Source: Macrostomum hystrix
Lineage: Eukaryota > Animalia > Platyhelminthes
Assembly: GCA_950097015.1 (NCBI GenBank)
Contig: CATNEN010000015.1
Location: 1,612,001-1,676,000, forward strand
Length of the DNA stretch: 64,000 nt
Direction: 5' to 3'
Notes under the pieces: model-generated
The model's database searches: none
The model's input: the letters and a program-made list of their open reading frames with translations, nothing else
Told to the model about the DNA's origin: nothing
Shown here: positions 24,301 to 36,596 of the stretch, piece by piece
Layout: each line of letters starts with the position of its first letter
Numbering within the stretch: position 1 is the stretch's first letter
Translations under genes and position numbers: made by a program

Positions 24301-27300
24301 TGAAAGGGCAGCGGAGTGATGCGTTTGCCAGAACTTCTGACGTGCCCACCAACTACAGTCGGCATGGCTCTGTGCGGACTCACCTTCCAGTGAACGAAGT
24401 GGGTACCGAGACGGAGCCCAAACCTGGCGCAGAGAAGGGGCAGTCCGAGAAGGCTGAATCCCGAGATGTTCAGCCCGTAGCGAGTGGTTTCATTTCAGTG
24501 CCTTCTAAGGCTGAAGCTTCAACATCAACGGATGATTCGGTCAAGGAGAACGACACACTGAACAAAATAAAACAGCTGCCGAAGCCACCGTCGCGCAGTG
24601 ACAGCATGCGCTCACTGGTTGACGAAAAGTCCACGGCAGCTGACAAGAAGACCTGGCGCAAGGTGACCGATCCGGACGATCTGCTTGCCGGAGGCTGGAC
24701 TGCCCCTCTTCCGCCAGCGTCAACCAGCGACAGCAGCGCAGAGGCAGACGTTTCCGAACAGAAGCGAGCTGCTAGCTTGAAACAGATATCCGATGCTCAT
24801 GTGTGCATCGAGGAATCGCCAGATAGCGACATGCGCAGCAGACAAAGATCTCTGACCACGGCGACGTCGCAGACGGAGCCTCGGCAAACTAGCTCAGACC
24901 GCTGCACACAGACAAAATCTGAAGATGTTTCCGACTCGCAGTGGCTGAAGGGCGGGGACGGAAGAGATTCCCGAGATGAAAGGCACACGTTTCCTTATTC
25001 GAAAATTTACGATCGACCAGCGAGCTTACAGACAGCATCTGACATTTTGGATAGCGAGGTGGAGACACAGGAACTACCACTGCATCTCAAGTACTTCGAG
25101 GCGCCGGAAAGTTCGGATGAACCTGCGCAACAGAAACTAGGGCAGCCGCTGAAGATCCGTGAAAACCGATTGTCAGGCATTTTGGCACGAAATAGACTCA
25201 CGTCTTCAGAGTTGGACGAGGAGCTTGACGCTATCGAGGACGCTGTGGCAGAAGCTGCTCTTGAAAGCGAACTGATGGCTGAAATGCAAAGTCTGAGAAA
25301 TCTGCGATCGGATCTGAGGAGGAACACTAAATCACCCGAGCTGGACAATAGTTCACAATGGGTGCTGGCTGCAGATGAGCTCGACCTGCAAACTCCATCG
25401 GATCAGTACAGCGAGCATGAGCTGCTCGTCGACTTTGACGAGACGGAGGTGATAGATCCATATTTTCCAGCAACAGCCGGAACTGCCAGGGGTCGAGTTA
25501 GCAGCGCTCCGGTGTCGAGGCGGAGCCGAAGTCTTCTGCGCGACAGAGACCCGCCTTGGCCTAGCGAAGTTGAGCGACTCGAAAAATTCCTGGTAGCTGG
25601 CAGGCGCCCGAACTCGGCAAGCAGATTTCAGAGAAAGACTCCGCCAGATGACTCAGACAGTCAGAGCTTGGTGTCCGAGCCCCTCACGCCACCGAGACAA
25701 ACGAAGCAAGCGGCATCAAGTCTCGGCAGGCAGTTTCTGACAGATGATCTGGAACAGGCGGGATCTTCAAGGTTCAGTCGCATCGCGCTACCGGAAGGAC
25801 ACTCGACAAGTACAATACTGAGGCTGGCGGGACTCCTTTCGAATCGCGCCGAAGACTCTGATTCCGCTGCCAGTACACTGTCCAGTGTCCGCTCCATGGG
25901 TCCCCATAGGCCCGAGCGGATCACTGTCAACAGGCCGCCGGTATTGCCCAGCTTTCCAGCGGTGCCAAAGTCGTTGAAGCAGCCAATCATCACAGACCGC
26001 GAGCTCAGCGAGTGGTCCAACCGAGTCACTGGAAAGTCAGCTGACGTCAACTATGAGAAAGGCAAGCCTGCTGCAACTAAAGCAATCGTGTCGGAGGGAA
26101 CCATCTGGGACCTGGAACGTCTGGCAAGGCAAGCAAAGTCAGAACTAATTAGTTCGACGGAGCGAGCGAAAGCCATGCTTAGAGCGGTGACACCGCGAGC
26201 GAAGGGTGAACAGCGAAGCCACTTAAATGGTCACAAAGCGACCCAGACAGCGCATAAAACCACAAGATCGCAGGCAACGAAAACAGACGAGCAGCCAGCA
26301 TCCGGTGCTGCACCTCAGCCGAAATCCGATAGCACGTCTCAATTTGGGGATGACTCTAGGCCGGCTAGCACCAACAGCGTTCTTGGTGAACAACAGCAGC
26401 AGCAGCGAGTTCGCATCACCATTGATGTCAGTCGACTACGCGCCAAGCCATTATCTGCAACATTGGACGTTGATACGCGCGTAGAGCAGCTGCTGGCCAA
26501 GGTCGGGCGAGCCACCGGGCTGGATGAGCAGTGTCTGCGACTGAAGCACGGCAGCCGGCAGCTGAACCGCGGCCGGACATTGCGGCACTACGATCTAGGC
26601 GAGGCGTGCGTTCTGCGCCTGTGTGCGGATCAGCTAGTCAAATGTACCGTGCTGCAGAGGAACAACTTCCTGCCCGTGACAATGCCACGCCACGCGACGG
26701 TGCTGTCGCTTCGAACTAAACTGCAACGCAGCGGCAGCAGCGGCAAAGAAAAGCCTGTAAATTTTGATCAGCTACGCATTTCAATGGGCGACCGCTTGCT
26801 AGACGACAGCCGAGAATTGGCGCAGCTCGGACTGAGCAAAGATGACGTTCTGCAAGTTCTAGGGCCGAATCACTTTCCACTGCGAGTGCGCTCTACTGAC
26901 AGGACCTATGATCTGTTCGCAGAGCCGAACCTACTCGTGGGGACTCTGAAGGCCCTCATACATCGGCTAGGCGGCCCGAGGCCCTATGACCAAACCGTGA
27001 CTATGCGAGACCGAGTTCTCTACGATCGCTACAGTCTAGCGGACTACTCAGTGACTTCAACGACCAGCCTGGAGGTCGTCGGCACGGACCAGCCTGTCGT
27101 ACAGGTTGCTCTCCGGCCAGACTGCGACATCATTGTGCGGCTGCGACAAGGACTTACAGTGCGAGATGCGGCCGTGATGGCAAAGCGATTGGCTGGTCAA
27201 ATGGCCGATAAAGACATATCGATCTCCGACGCTAACGCAGCTGATGACGAAATTCCACGGTTGGCTTGGCTTCCACCGGCCCAGGACTCTGGCGATGCCG

Positions 27301-27665
27301 CATCCACGCCTGTGGTTCTCGAGCCGGAGACTTCCTTGCACAGCCTCAACCTTGGACTGAGCGGTGACGGTGGCAGCTTGCGACGGTTGCACGTGTTGCC
27401 CAATACGGCGGTGGATACAGAGTCAACAGTTTGCGTCTTCGTCCGAGACACGAACGGAGCCGTCAGGTTGTACACAGGCTGGCCGGCAGCGCTCAGCCTG
27501 GCCGACTTTCGCGACCATCTGGCAGCCCGACTGGGCACCAGCGGCGCCGGATTTAAGCTTCGTCCATCAGCATCGTCGGCAGCTGAACCTTCGACAGCTT
27601 TGGCCAGTCTCGCTGACGCTGGCGGCTTCGTGGTATTGCAGATGATGCCCGGCTTGACTCGCTGA
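20058..27665 (+). CDS. Giant intronless protein (~2535 aa from first ATG): 2 N-terminal and ~5 C-terminal ubiquitin-like domains around a Gly/His/Ser/Pro-rich low-complexity core
   Basis: Frame open from 19902 to 27665. UBL-like segments include LQSLRLNGLLLDPGKTLDESGLRPGAELQL, VFIRHPQGDRCSLFLEPSNTVLDIKQLIEFYDGIPAHAQTL, LRLKHGSRQLNRGRTLRHYDL, LRISMGDRLLDDSRELAQLGL and QTVTMRDRVLYDRYSLADYSVTSTTSLEV. The last two UBLs are weaker calls. Confidence 0.8.
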
Positions 27666-28495
27666 GTCGGCAGAGAACTACTGAGGTAGCTGAGGTGCCT
27701 CTGAATTTGTGCTTTGGAGCATCAAAAATGTAGAGCTTACCTGACAAACCTTAGAAATTGATAAATTTTCAGGTTTTATCTTAATGATAGTGTGGCCAAA
27801 GCGCGCGGTAAATGATTTAAAGTTTTTTTATACTAGTAGAAACACGTTTTCCTTCGATTTATTAATTTACAAGTAAATATTTCTATTTTTTCAACACTTA
27901 TTTTGTAAAAGTACACTCCTAAGATCGACTTTCTGTTACACTGAAATGTACTTTTAAGTGAACTTTTAACATGTCAAGTAAATATATTCTAGAGCGTTCG
28001 TAAATTGAGTTTAAACGGACCATAAGCGCTAAGGCGCAAACTGTCAAACAAATCAGGCCTTTGCATAAATCTGCAACAACAGAAAAAACTGTCCATACAC
28101 GCGCATTTGAATTCTAGTAATTCGCAGCTAGCTGACATTCTAACGAATCTTTTACAAGATTTTGTATTTCTCGGCTACAACAGATAATAATAAGGTTAAA
28201 AAGTAAAAAAGCAACAACAAAAATAGCAAGACTTGAGACCAGGGACTAGGAGCACTGAGTAGGGTGATTAGTGACTGCTCAATCAATCTCACCTGATGTC
28301 AGAGGTTAAAATAATCTGCAACTGAAAAAGTGAAAAATAAACAAAAATGCAGTCCTAGCAAAACAACATCACAATGCGTTAGTTGATGCGATTTCAACTT
28401 TTCAGTCTCGCTAAAGCAGAAGCTGACAAAAAAGCGAAGCTGTATCACACTACTAAAAGTAGGCAAAAATAGTGAAAAATATTGATCTCAGTAAT

Positions 28496-30133
28496 GCTCA
28501 GGTGTCATATCTATCTATATCTGTTTAACTGCTCAGGTGTCTTATCTATCTATATCTGTTTAACTGCTCAGGTGTCATATCTATCTATATCTGTTTAACT
28601 GCTCAGGTGTCTTATCTATCTATATCTGTTTAACTCGCTCAGGTGTCATATCTATCTATATCTGTTTAACTCGCTCAGGTGTCATATCTATCTATATCTG
28701 TTTAACTGCTCAGGTGTCATATCTATCTATATCTGTTTAACTCGCTCAGGTGTCATATCTATCTATATCTGTTTAACTCGCTCAGGTGTCATATCTATCT
28801 ATATCTGTTTAACTGCTCAGGTGTCATATCTATCTATATCTGTTTAACTCGCTCAGGTGTCATATCTATCTATATCTGTTTAATTCGCTCAGGTGTCATA
28901 TCTATCTATATCTGTTTAACTGCTCAGGTGTCATATCTATCTATATCTGTTTAACTGCTCAGGTGTCATATCTATCTATATCTGTTTAACTGCTCAGGTG
29001 TCATATCTATCTATATCTGTTTAATTCGCTCAGGTGTCATATCTATCTATATCTGTTTAATTCGCTCAGGTGTCATATCTATCTATATCTGTTTAATTCG
29101 CTCAGGTGTCATATCTATCTATATCTGTTTAATTCGCTCAGGTGTCATATCTATCTATATCTGTTTAACTCGCTCAGGTGTCATATCTATCTATATCTGT
29201 TTAACTGCTCAGGTGTCATATCTATCTATATCTGTTTAACTGCTCAGGTGTCATATCTATCTATATCTGTTTAATTCGCTCAGGTGTCATATCTATCTAT
29301 ATCTGTTTAATTCGCTCAGGTGTCATATCTATCTATATCTGTTTAATTCGCTCAGGTGTCATATCTATCTATATCTGTTTAATTCGCTCAGGTGTCATAT
29401 CTATCTATATCTGTTTAACTCGCTCAGGTGTCATATCTATCTATATCTGTTTAACTCGCTCAGGTGTCATATCTATCTATATCTGTTTAATTCGCTCAGG
29501 TGTCATATCTATCTATATCTGTTTAACTCGCTCAGGTGTCATATCTATCTATATCTGTTTAACTGCTCAGGTGTCTTATCTATCTATATCTGTTTAACTG
29601 CTCAGGTGTCATATCTATCTATATCTGTTTAACTGCTCAGGTGTCTTATCTATCTATATCTGTTTAACTCGCTCAGGTGTCATATCTATCTATATCTGTT
29701 TAACTCGCTCAGGTGTCATATCTATCTATATCTGTTTAACTGCTCAGGTGTCATATCTATCTATATCTGTTTAACTCGCTCAGGTGTCATATCTATCTAT
29801 ATCTGTTTAACTCGCTCAGGTGTCATATCTATCTATATCTGTTTAACTGCTCCGGTGTCATATCTATCTATATCTGTTTAACTCGCTCAGGTGTCATATC
29901 TATCTATATCTGTTTAACTGCTCAGGTGTCATATATATCTATATCTGTTTAATTCGCTCAGGTGTCATATCTATCTATATCTGTTTAACTGCTCAGGTGT
30001 CATATATATCTATATCTGTTTAACTGCTCAGGTGTCATATCTATCTATATCTGTTTAACTCGCTCAGGTGTCATATCTATCTATATCTGTTTAACTCGCT
30101 CAGGTGTCATATCTATCTATATCTGTTTAACTG
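28496..30133. repeat. 35/36-bp minisatellite (GCTCAGGTGTCATATCTATCTATATCTGTTTAACT[C]), ~46 copies
   Basis: Regular units; lies between the convergent 3' ends of the UBL gene and the FRMD4-like gene. Confidence 0.97.
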
Positions 30134-30268
30134 CGAGGCAGATTGCAAAAAAGAGGAAAAATTGAGGGTAAACTGTGAGCTCAAAAATGGAGATTGCTCA
30201 GCGCAGACTAAGCATATTAAGTCCGAGTGTAAAACCACTGGCTAGAGGGCGGAAGCTTTGGTGTCAGA

Positions 30269-33200
30269 CTACAAAAATGTACTTTTATCGGCGTCTTCGT
30301 TCTCGTCGAAGCAGCAGTCGTTGTCATCGCCGTGACCGTGGCCGATGGGACTGCCGACTTCGCCATCGGATGCCAGGAGGCCTCGGCGCCAGAGCTTTCG
30401 CTGCTGCTCTTCGCTAGACATCTGCAGCGCCTGCGGGGTAGTCAGCGGCTGCGGCGTCTGCGGAAGCGGCGAGAGCGGCTCCTGGAAGTGGCAGCCCGGC
30501 GGACGGATTGAGCGAGACGTCGAGCCGCTCTTTTTTAAGTACCGGCGCTGGCGCGGCTGCTGCTGGGTCGGAGACGGCGACAGGAACTCCGCGCTGCCGC
30601 TGTGGTCGCTGGAGGTGTCGTCGTTACTTCCGTATCTGCCCGATTTCATCAATAGTTCACGTCAGAGAACTCAAAGGTTTTTTGGCACTAAAATTAATAA
30701 ATCCATATAGTTTGACAGCGTTATATTTTTGGGATCAGAATAGGTGTTCCATCTAGGTGGACAGTGTTCTATTTTTAGCATCAGAAGGGTTTTCAATCTA
30801 GGCGGAGTGTTATATTTTTAGCATCAGAAGGGGTGTTCAATCTAGGCGGACAGTGTTCTATTTTTAGCATCAGAAGGGTGTTCAATCTAGGCGGACAGTG
30901 TTCTATTTTTAGCATCAGAATAGGTGTTCCATCTAGGCGGACAGTGTTCTATTTTTAGCATCAGAAGGGTGTTCAATCTAGGCGGACAGTGTTCTATTTT
31001 TAGCATCAGAATAGGTGTTCCATCTAGGCGGACAGTGTTCTATTTTTAGCACCTGAAAAGGTGTTCCATCTAGGCGGACAGTGTTCTATTTTTAGCACCA
31101 GAATAGGTGTTCAATCTAGGCGGACAGTGTTATATCTTTTAGAAGAATGGAACAAGTAGGTCAGCACAATATCCAGAGTCATAAATCAATATTTTAAGTA
31201 AAAACGTTAAAGGTTAGGAACTAAATAAATTTACTTCATTTAAACCACTCAAATTTCTTTCTTTCTTGCTCAGCCATCCTCAAAAGAATGCTTCCAATTG
31301 ATAAGAAGCAGTAGGTCCTCGTTTGCGTGACTTAAACGCAAAGTTTTTAAAGTAATTAATCCAAAAAGCAGGTAAAAATTAACTAGTAAATGCTAGGAAG
31401 AGAAATAACAACAGTCAAAGTGCATGGCCACATGTTTATAATGCAAACGTGCAAAACTGTGGTCGTTACGGCAAATTTGGCAATGCCAAACAACAGCAAA
31501 ATAGTATATGGTGCAAGGCAGTTAATATTGTGTTTGTATTTCCAATTTCACAGCTTTAGCTGTTTCTAAAACTTTGGAATGAAAATATGAAAATAGTTAT
31601 GATTTCATTGCCGAGCGAAAAAAATCGAGGCTTTATAAAAAGTCAATCTCTCCGCTAAATTGAAATTGAAAGATTTCAAATAAAAATATCACACTTAGCT
31701 GCATGAAATACTACTGATAAGGTGAGGCAAGTAGTCTGTTAAGTACGCGGAACAAAACTGCGCATGCATTCGCTTGACTCTGCTATTTAGTCTATGGTCC
31801 AAAGAGGTCCCGGAAACTATCAGCTACTCATCGTTTGTAAATAGTAAGAGCTGGAAAATATAAAAAGTGCATGCACGAAGCTAGCAACACTAAAAGTGCA
31901 TAGTGCTACCAGACATACAGTTAGTAAAGTGAGATGAGATGAGAAGTTAGGCAGGCTAGGATAAGTAATTAAGCACAACATCACCAAGGTTCTAGCAGGG
32001 ATTAGAGCTATTTTAATCTAGTGCATAATATATTTTATCTATTTAATTCACAACTTCGGCTTTTCTAATGTACTTTCAAAGATAAATGCAGCGCGAAGAT
32101 TGATTTCAAAAAATTGACTAGATTTTCTTGAACTTTATAAAAGTTCACATGGGTCGATTCCTGCTTGGTAAAAAATATTTTTTTTAATTATTATATTGAG
32201 TAATATCTAACTGATTGTACTGGATGGGATCTCAGAAATCCTAAACCCAGATTCTACTGGATGGGATCTCAGAAATCCTAAACCCAGATTCTACTGGATG
32301 GGATCTCAGAAATCCTAAACCCAGATTCTACTGGATGGGATCTCAGAATCTCAGAAATCCCAAACCCAGATTCTACTGGATGGGATCTCAGAAATCCTAA
32401 ACCCAGATTCCACTGGATGGGATCTCAGAAATCCTAACGATCTAACAATGGGATCTGAAAATACCACGCCATCCTATTGTAACAAACCAAAGGGAAATTA
32501 TGACGTTTCTAGGAAATACAACAACTCATAAGCGAGCAACGCTTAAATAAATCACGTAAACTTCTGAAATCCTAAAACGGAGCCTCCTCAGCTTACGCAT
32601 CGAATCTGTTGACAACAGGCAACGAAGCTGCTGCTGCTGCGGCGGCGGCGGCGGCGGCGGCGGCAGACACCGCGGGGAAGCTGGTGTTGACAGGCAGCGG
32701 TAGATTAGTGCGAAACAAATGATTGACAGGCCGCTGCGAAATCGCGGCCAAACTGTCAGCCGATTCTTCGGATCCGCAGCCAACTGTCAGCAGGTCGCCC
32801 AGACTGTTGGACCGGCGACCCAGCGACCCAGACTTGGCGGCCAGGCTGCCACCGCGACGCAGCGCCACAACAGACGAGGAAGCGTCCGTGGCATCAGCGA
32901 CGCCAGCGCGCGAGCCCCCCCAGTCCGGGACTTCCACGGCGTCGGACGCGGAGGCGGCCGGAGGTCGAGCGCGGAAACCGCTGGAGTTTTTGAAACAATA
33001 GGACGGTAAGATGATTCACGAACTGGAAGGCGCCGACACAGCCACCCGTAGTGGCTGATGCTGGTACCCATTTCACAGCTGAAGCATTATAAGTGCTGCT
33101 TAAAGGACAAAAATTAAATTCCCCCATGGGCTGAGATTCGAACTCCTGACGGCATATACCTGACAAAGGCCAAGCCAGCGCTGAGAGATTGTGATGAGGA

Positions 33201-36200
33201 GTCGCGGCTGATGTCAGATGACAAACTGTAGCTATCCGGGTGGGAGCGCTGGTGCTGATGCCGCTGCTGATGCTGCTGCTGCTGCGGACTCGGCGTGTGA
33301 TACTGCTGCTGATGCTGATGCAGAGAGTTCTAAAAAATTGAATTCAAGAGTAATTATATGATACCTCCAACATTTGAGAGCAGGCTGAGAGACTCCAAAA
33401 AAACATTTAAGACGCACAAGACGTCTGAAAAACACCCCAGAAACGTTAAATACACAACAGACATCTGAAAGACATCCCTAGCTAGTAGACACATGCAAGA
33501 CACCCCAGATACCCCTTGACACCAGTTAGACACCCCTAGACACCTGTTAGACACCCCTAGACACCTGTTAGACATCCCTAGACACATGAAAGACACCCCT
33601 AGACACCTGAGAACAGTCTGAGACACCCCAGAGATTCAGGTACTAACGCTGTAGATGTGCTCGAGGCTTCCGCCCGGGTTGGCCAGAGAAGCAAACGAAG
33701 CGCCCAGCCGGAAATCCGGGCAGGTGGCGTTGCCGCGCACCAGGCTGCCGCCCTCACGAGAGGCGGCCTCGGCGCGAAGCTTCTGGATGCGCCGATTCAG
33801 CTGCTGCAGCTGCAAGGTGCGAAATTTGAGCAAGTTGCGGCAATCTCAGTATCTCTCTCTTTCCTCCACTTTCCCTCCAATGGAGCCAGGCCCTCACCTG
33901 CTCCTGAGCTCTCTGACACTCGGCCACTCGGCGCTTCTTCAACTGCCAGCCGGCGAGTCTGGCCTCCTTGGCTTCGCGCAGCAGCCGCGTGTTGGCCTCC
34001 ACCTTGGCCTTCTGCACCGAGGCTTCCAGCTGCAGGGCGGCCAGCTGTCAGTGGCGGCGGGGTGAAGAGTTACATTTGAAGGTCAATTTCAGGGTACACT
34101 TAAAGGTCAATTTTAGCTTACAGTATAAGGTCAGGGGGTCAGTGGCAGAGCGGTTAGCGGGCCAAGGTCTCCGAGCTCGATTCCACGGTGAGGCCACATT
34201 TATTTATATCAGCCGCGGAGAGAAGGCTTGGCGGCTTGTCGTGCAATTTACGGCCTTGAGGGCCAACCTCCAAGGCACAGTGAAATGCACACTGCCTGAC
34301 GATGAGAAAGTCAGAGCAGATGTGCACAACTGTGCGAGCGTGTGCGAGCGTGTGCCTGCGTACAGTATCTGTGTGCGTGTGTGCTCAGGAGTCAGCGAAA
34401 TGGGCAGAATTCCCTCCTGTGTCACCACATGATGTGCCAGTGCCCGCAGCCCTCCTGCAATTATCAATAACTTTATTATTAAGGGTACAGTTGAAGGTCA
34501 AGTTAAGGGTGCACTTAAAGGTCAAGTTACGGGTACAGTTAAAGGTCAGGTTAAGGGTGCAGTTGAAGGTCAAGTTAATGGTGCAGTTGAAGGTCAAGTT
34601 AAGGGTGCAGTTGAAGGTCAAGATTAGGTTCAGCGTACCTCCCGCGCCAAGTCCTCATCCAAGCCGCTGCTGGCATCTCCGTTCAAACCACAGCCAATTA
34701 CGCCATGGTCACTGCCGCCAACAGAAGCCGTAGTCGGCCCGACGGCGACAAGAAACTGAGTCAGCTGAAACCGGTCTGCCGTGCTGCTGTTGCTGAGAGC
34801 CTGACAAAATTTCATTGTCAGATGCGCTTTGATGAGAATAAAACTAGTTTTGATTCAAATCTGCCGACACTTCTTTTAGCCTAGTCTACTGTAAGTAGAA
34901 ATGTGAAATTATTAAGCGGCTAATTTAATTTCAAAACTAAATAAGAGCCGATTCACACGAACCTTCTCTTCGGCCACCAAGCGCGCCAATTCGTTCTCCT
35001 TGCCGGCTTTCTGGGCGCGCAGGTTAGTCAGCAGATGGCGCAACTCCCAGTAGCGCTTGGTAAGGGCCGCTTTGCGCTCACGTTGCTGCAGCTCCAGCTG
35101 GTAACGCTGCCGATCGTCCAGATCATCGCTAGACCGATCACCGACTGTGGACGGACCGGCAGCCAGGCGAAGGTCAGCAGCGGAGCCGGAGCATTGATGC
35201 ATCAGCAGCAGCAGGGCCGCCGGGCCACGGAGAGGCAGCTGCCCGCGGCTGCGTCGAGAGGCTACAGCGGCTGCGGCTGCCGCGGCGGCGATGTCGGTGG
35301 AAGCCGAATGGCTGCTGTTCAAGCTGCCGCTGCTGCCGTGATGAAAGGGCAGCCGGTTGACACTCTGCGTACTCCGGACTGTGGGATGGGACCAGCTGCG
35401 GCTGTGGAACCAGCTTCCATCTATTCATAACCAGCTTACATCTATTCATAACCAGCTTCCATCTATTCATAACCAGCTTCCATCTATTCATAACCAGCTT
35501 CCATCTATTCATAACCAGCTTCCATCTATTCATAACCAGCTTCCATCTATTCATAACCAGCTTCCATCTATTCATAACCAGCTTCCATCTATTCATAACC
35601 AGCTTCCATCTATTCATAACCAGCTTCCATCTATTCATAACCAGCTTCCATCTATTCATAACCAGCTTTCATCTATTCAAAGTGAGTGGGGAAGATGGTG
35701 AGTGGGGAAGATTGTGAGTGGGGAAGATGGTGAGTGGGGAAGATGGTGAGTGGGGAAGATGGTGAGTGGGGAAGATGGTGAGTGGGGAAGAATGTGAGTG
35801 GGGAAGATGGTGACTGGGAAGATGGTGAGTGGGGAAGATGGTGAGTGGGAGATGGGAGATGCAGTACAATGGGAACTCACACGCGGGCAGGCGACCGCCG
35901 GATGAATTCATCCGCGGACTCGACCGGGCCTCGTCCAGTCCAGACAGCGAGGTCCGACCGACGCAGTCGCCTCCGTCGGTGACGTCGCTGAAGTTAGCAT
36001 AACCGGAACAGGCGGCAGTGGCGGCTGCAGCGGTGGCGGCGGCCGAGGCGAGCTGGGCGATGGTCGGGTGGCTGAAGCTCGCAGGGTCGGCAGCCGCTGA
36101 GGCCATGGAAGGCGCCGGGGTGGTGGGACTGGCGGGTCGGGAGTGGCATCCGCAGGAGCTGCCTGCGCTAGGTGAGGCCGCCCGCAGGGGCTGATGTAAC

Positions 36201-36565
36201 AGCCTGACCGGAGTAGCGCCTGCTGACACAGCAGCATCGGCTGATGAGGTTGAGATCTGCGGTCCGAGAGTTGGGGGCAGAGAGACGTAGATAGAGAAGT
36301 AGATAGAGAAGTAGATAGAGATGTAGGTTGAGTTAGAGAGGGAAGTATTTGAAATGGAGAAACTTATACTCAATTAATATAACTAATATTATTATACATA
36401 TTAGTAGCGAGAATTAGTTGCGTACTTGAATAGGCTAGCACTGAGAGGGAGCTTCAGGATTTATTTTGTCATATTTATATCTGCTTTCTGTTCGTAAAGG
36501 CTGTGTGCCTGGAGTAAGCGAGTCCTTAAATGCGCGCTCCGCATTCTCATTATCAAGATAAGAAG

Positions 36566-36596
<31 letters not shown>

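Noticed and set aside
28110-28165. SNSQLADILTNLL, resembling the copia RNase H motif QLADILTKPL
   Set aside because: No upstream KHIDxxxHF motif or other pol sequence; a short isolated match is plausible by chance.
28496-30133. CRISPR-like 35-37-bp periodic arrays (also 38515-39992 and 32218-32437)
   Set aside because: Head-to-tail units with no unique spacers, no cas genes, and a eukaryotic context.
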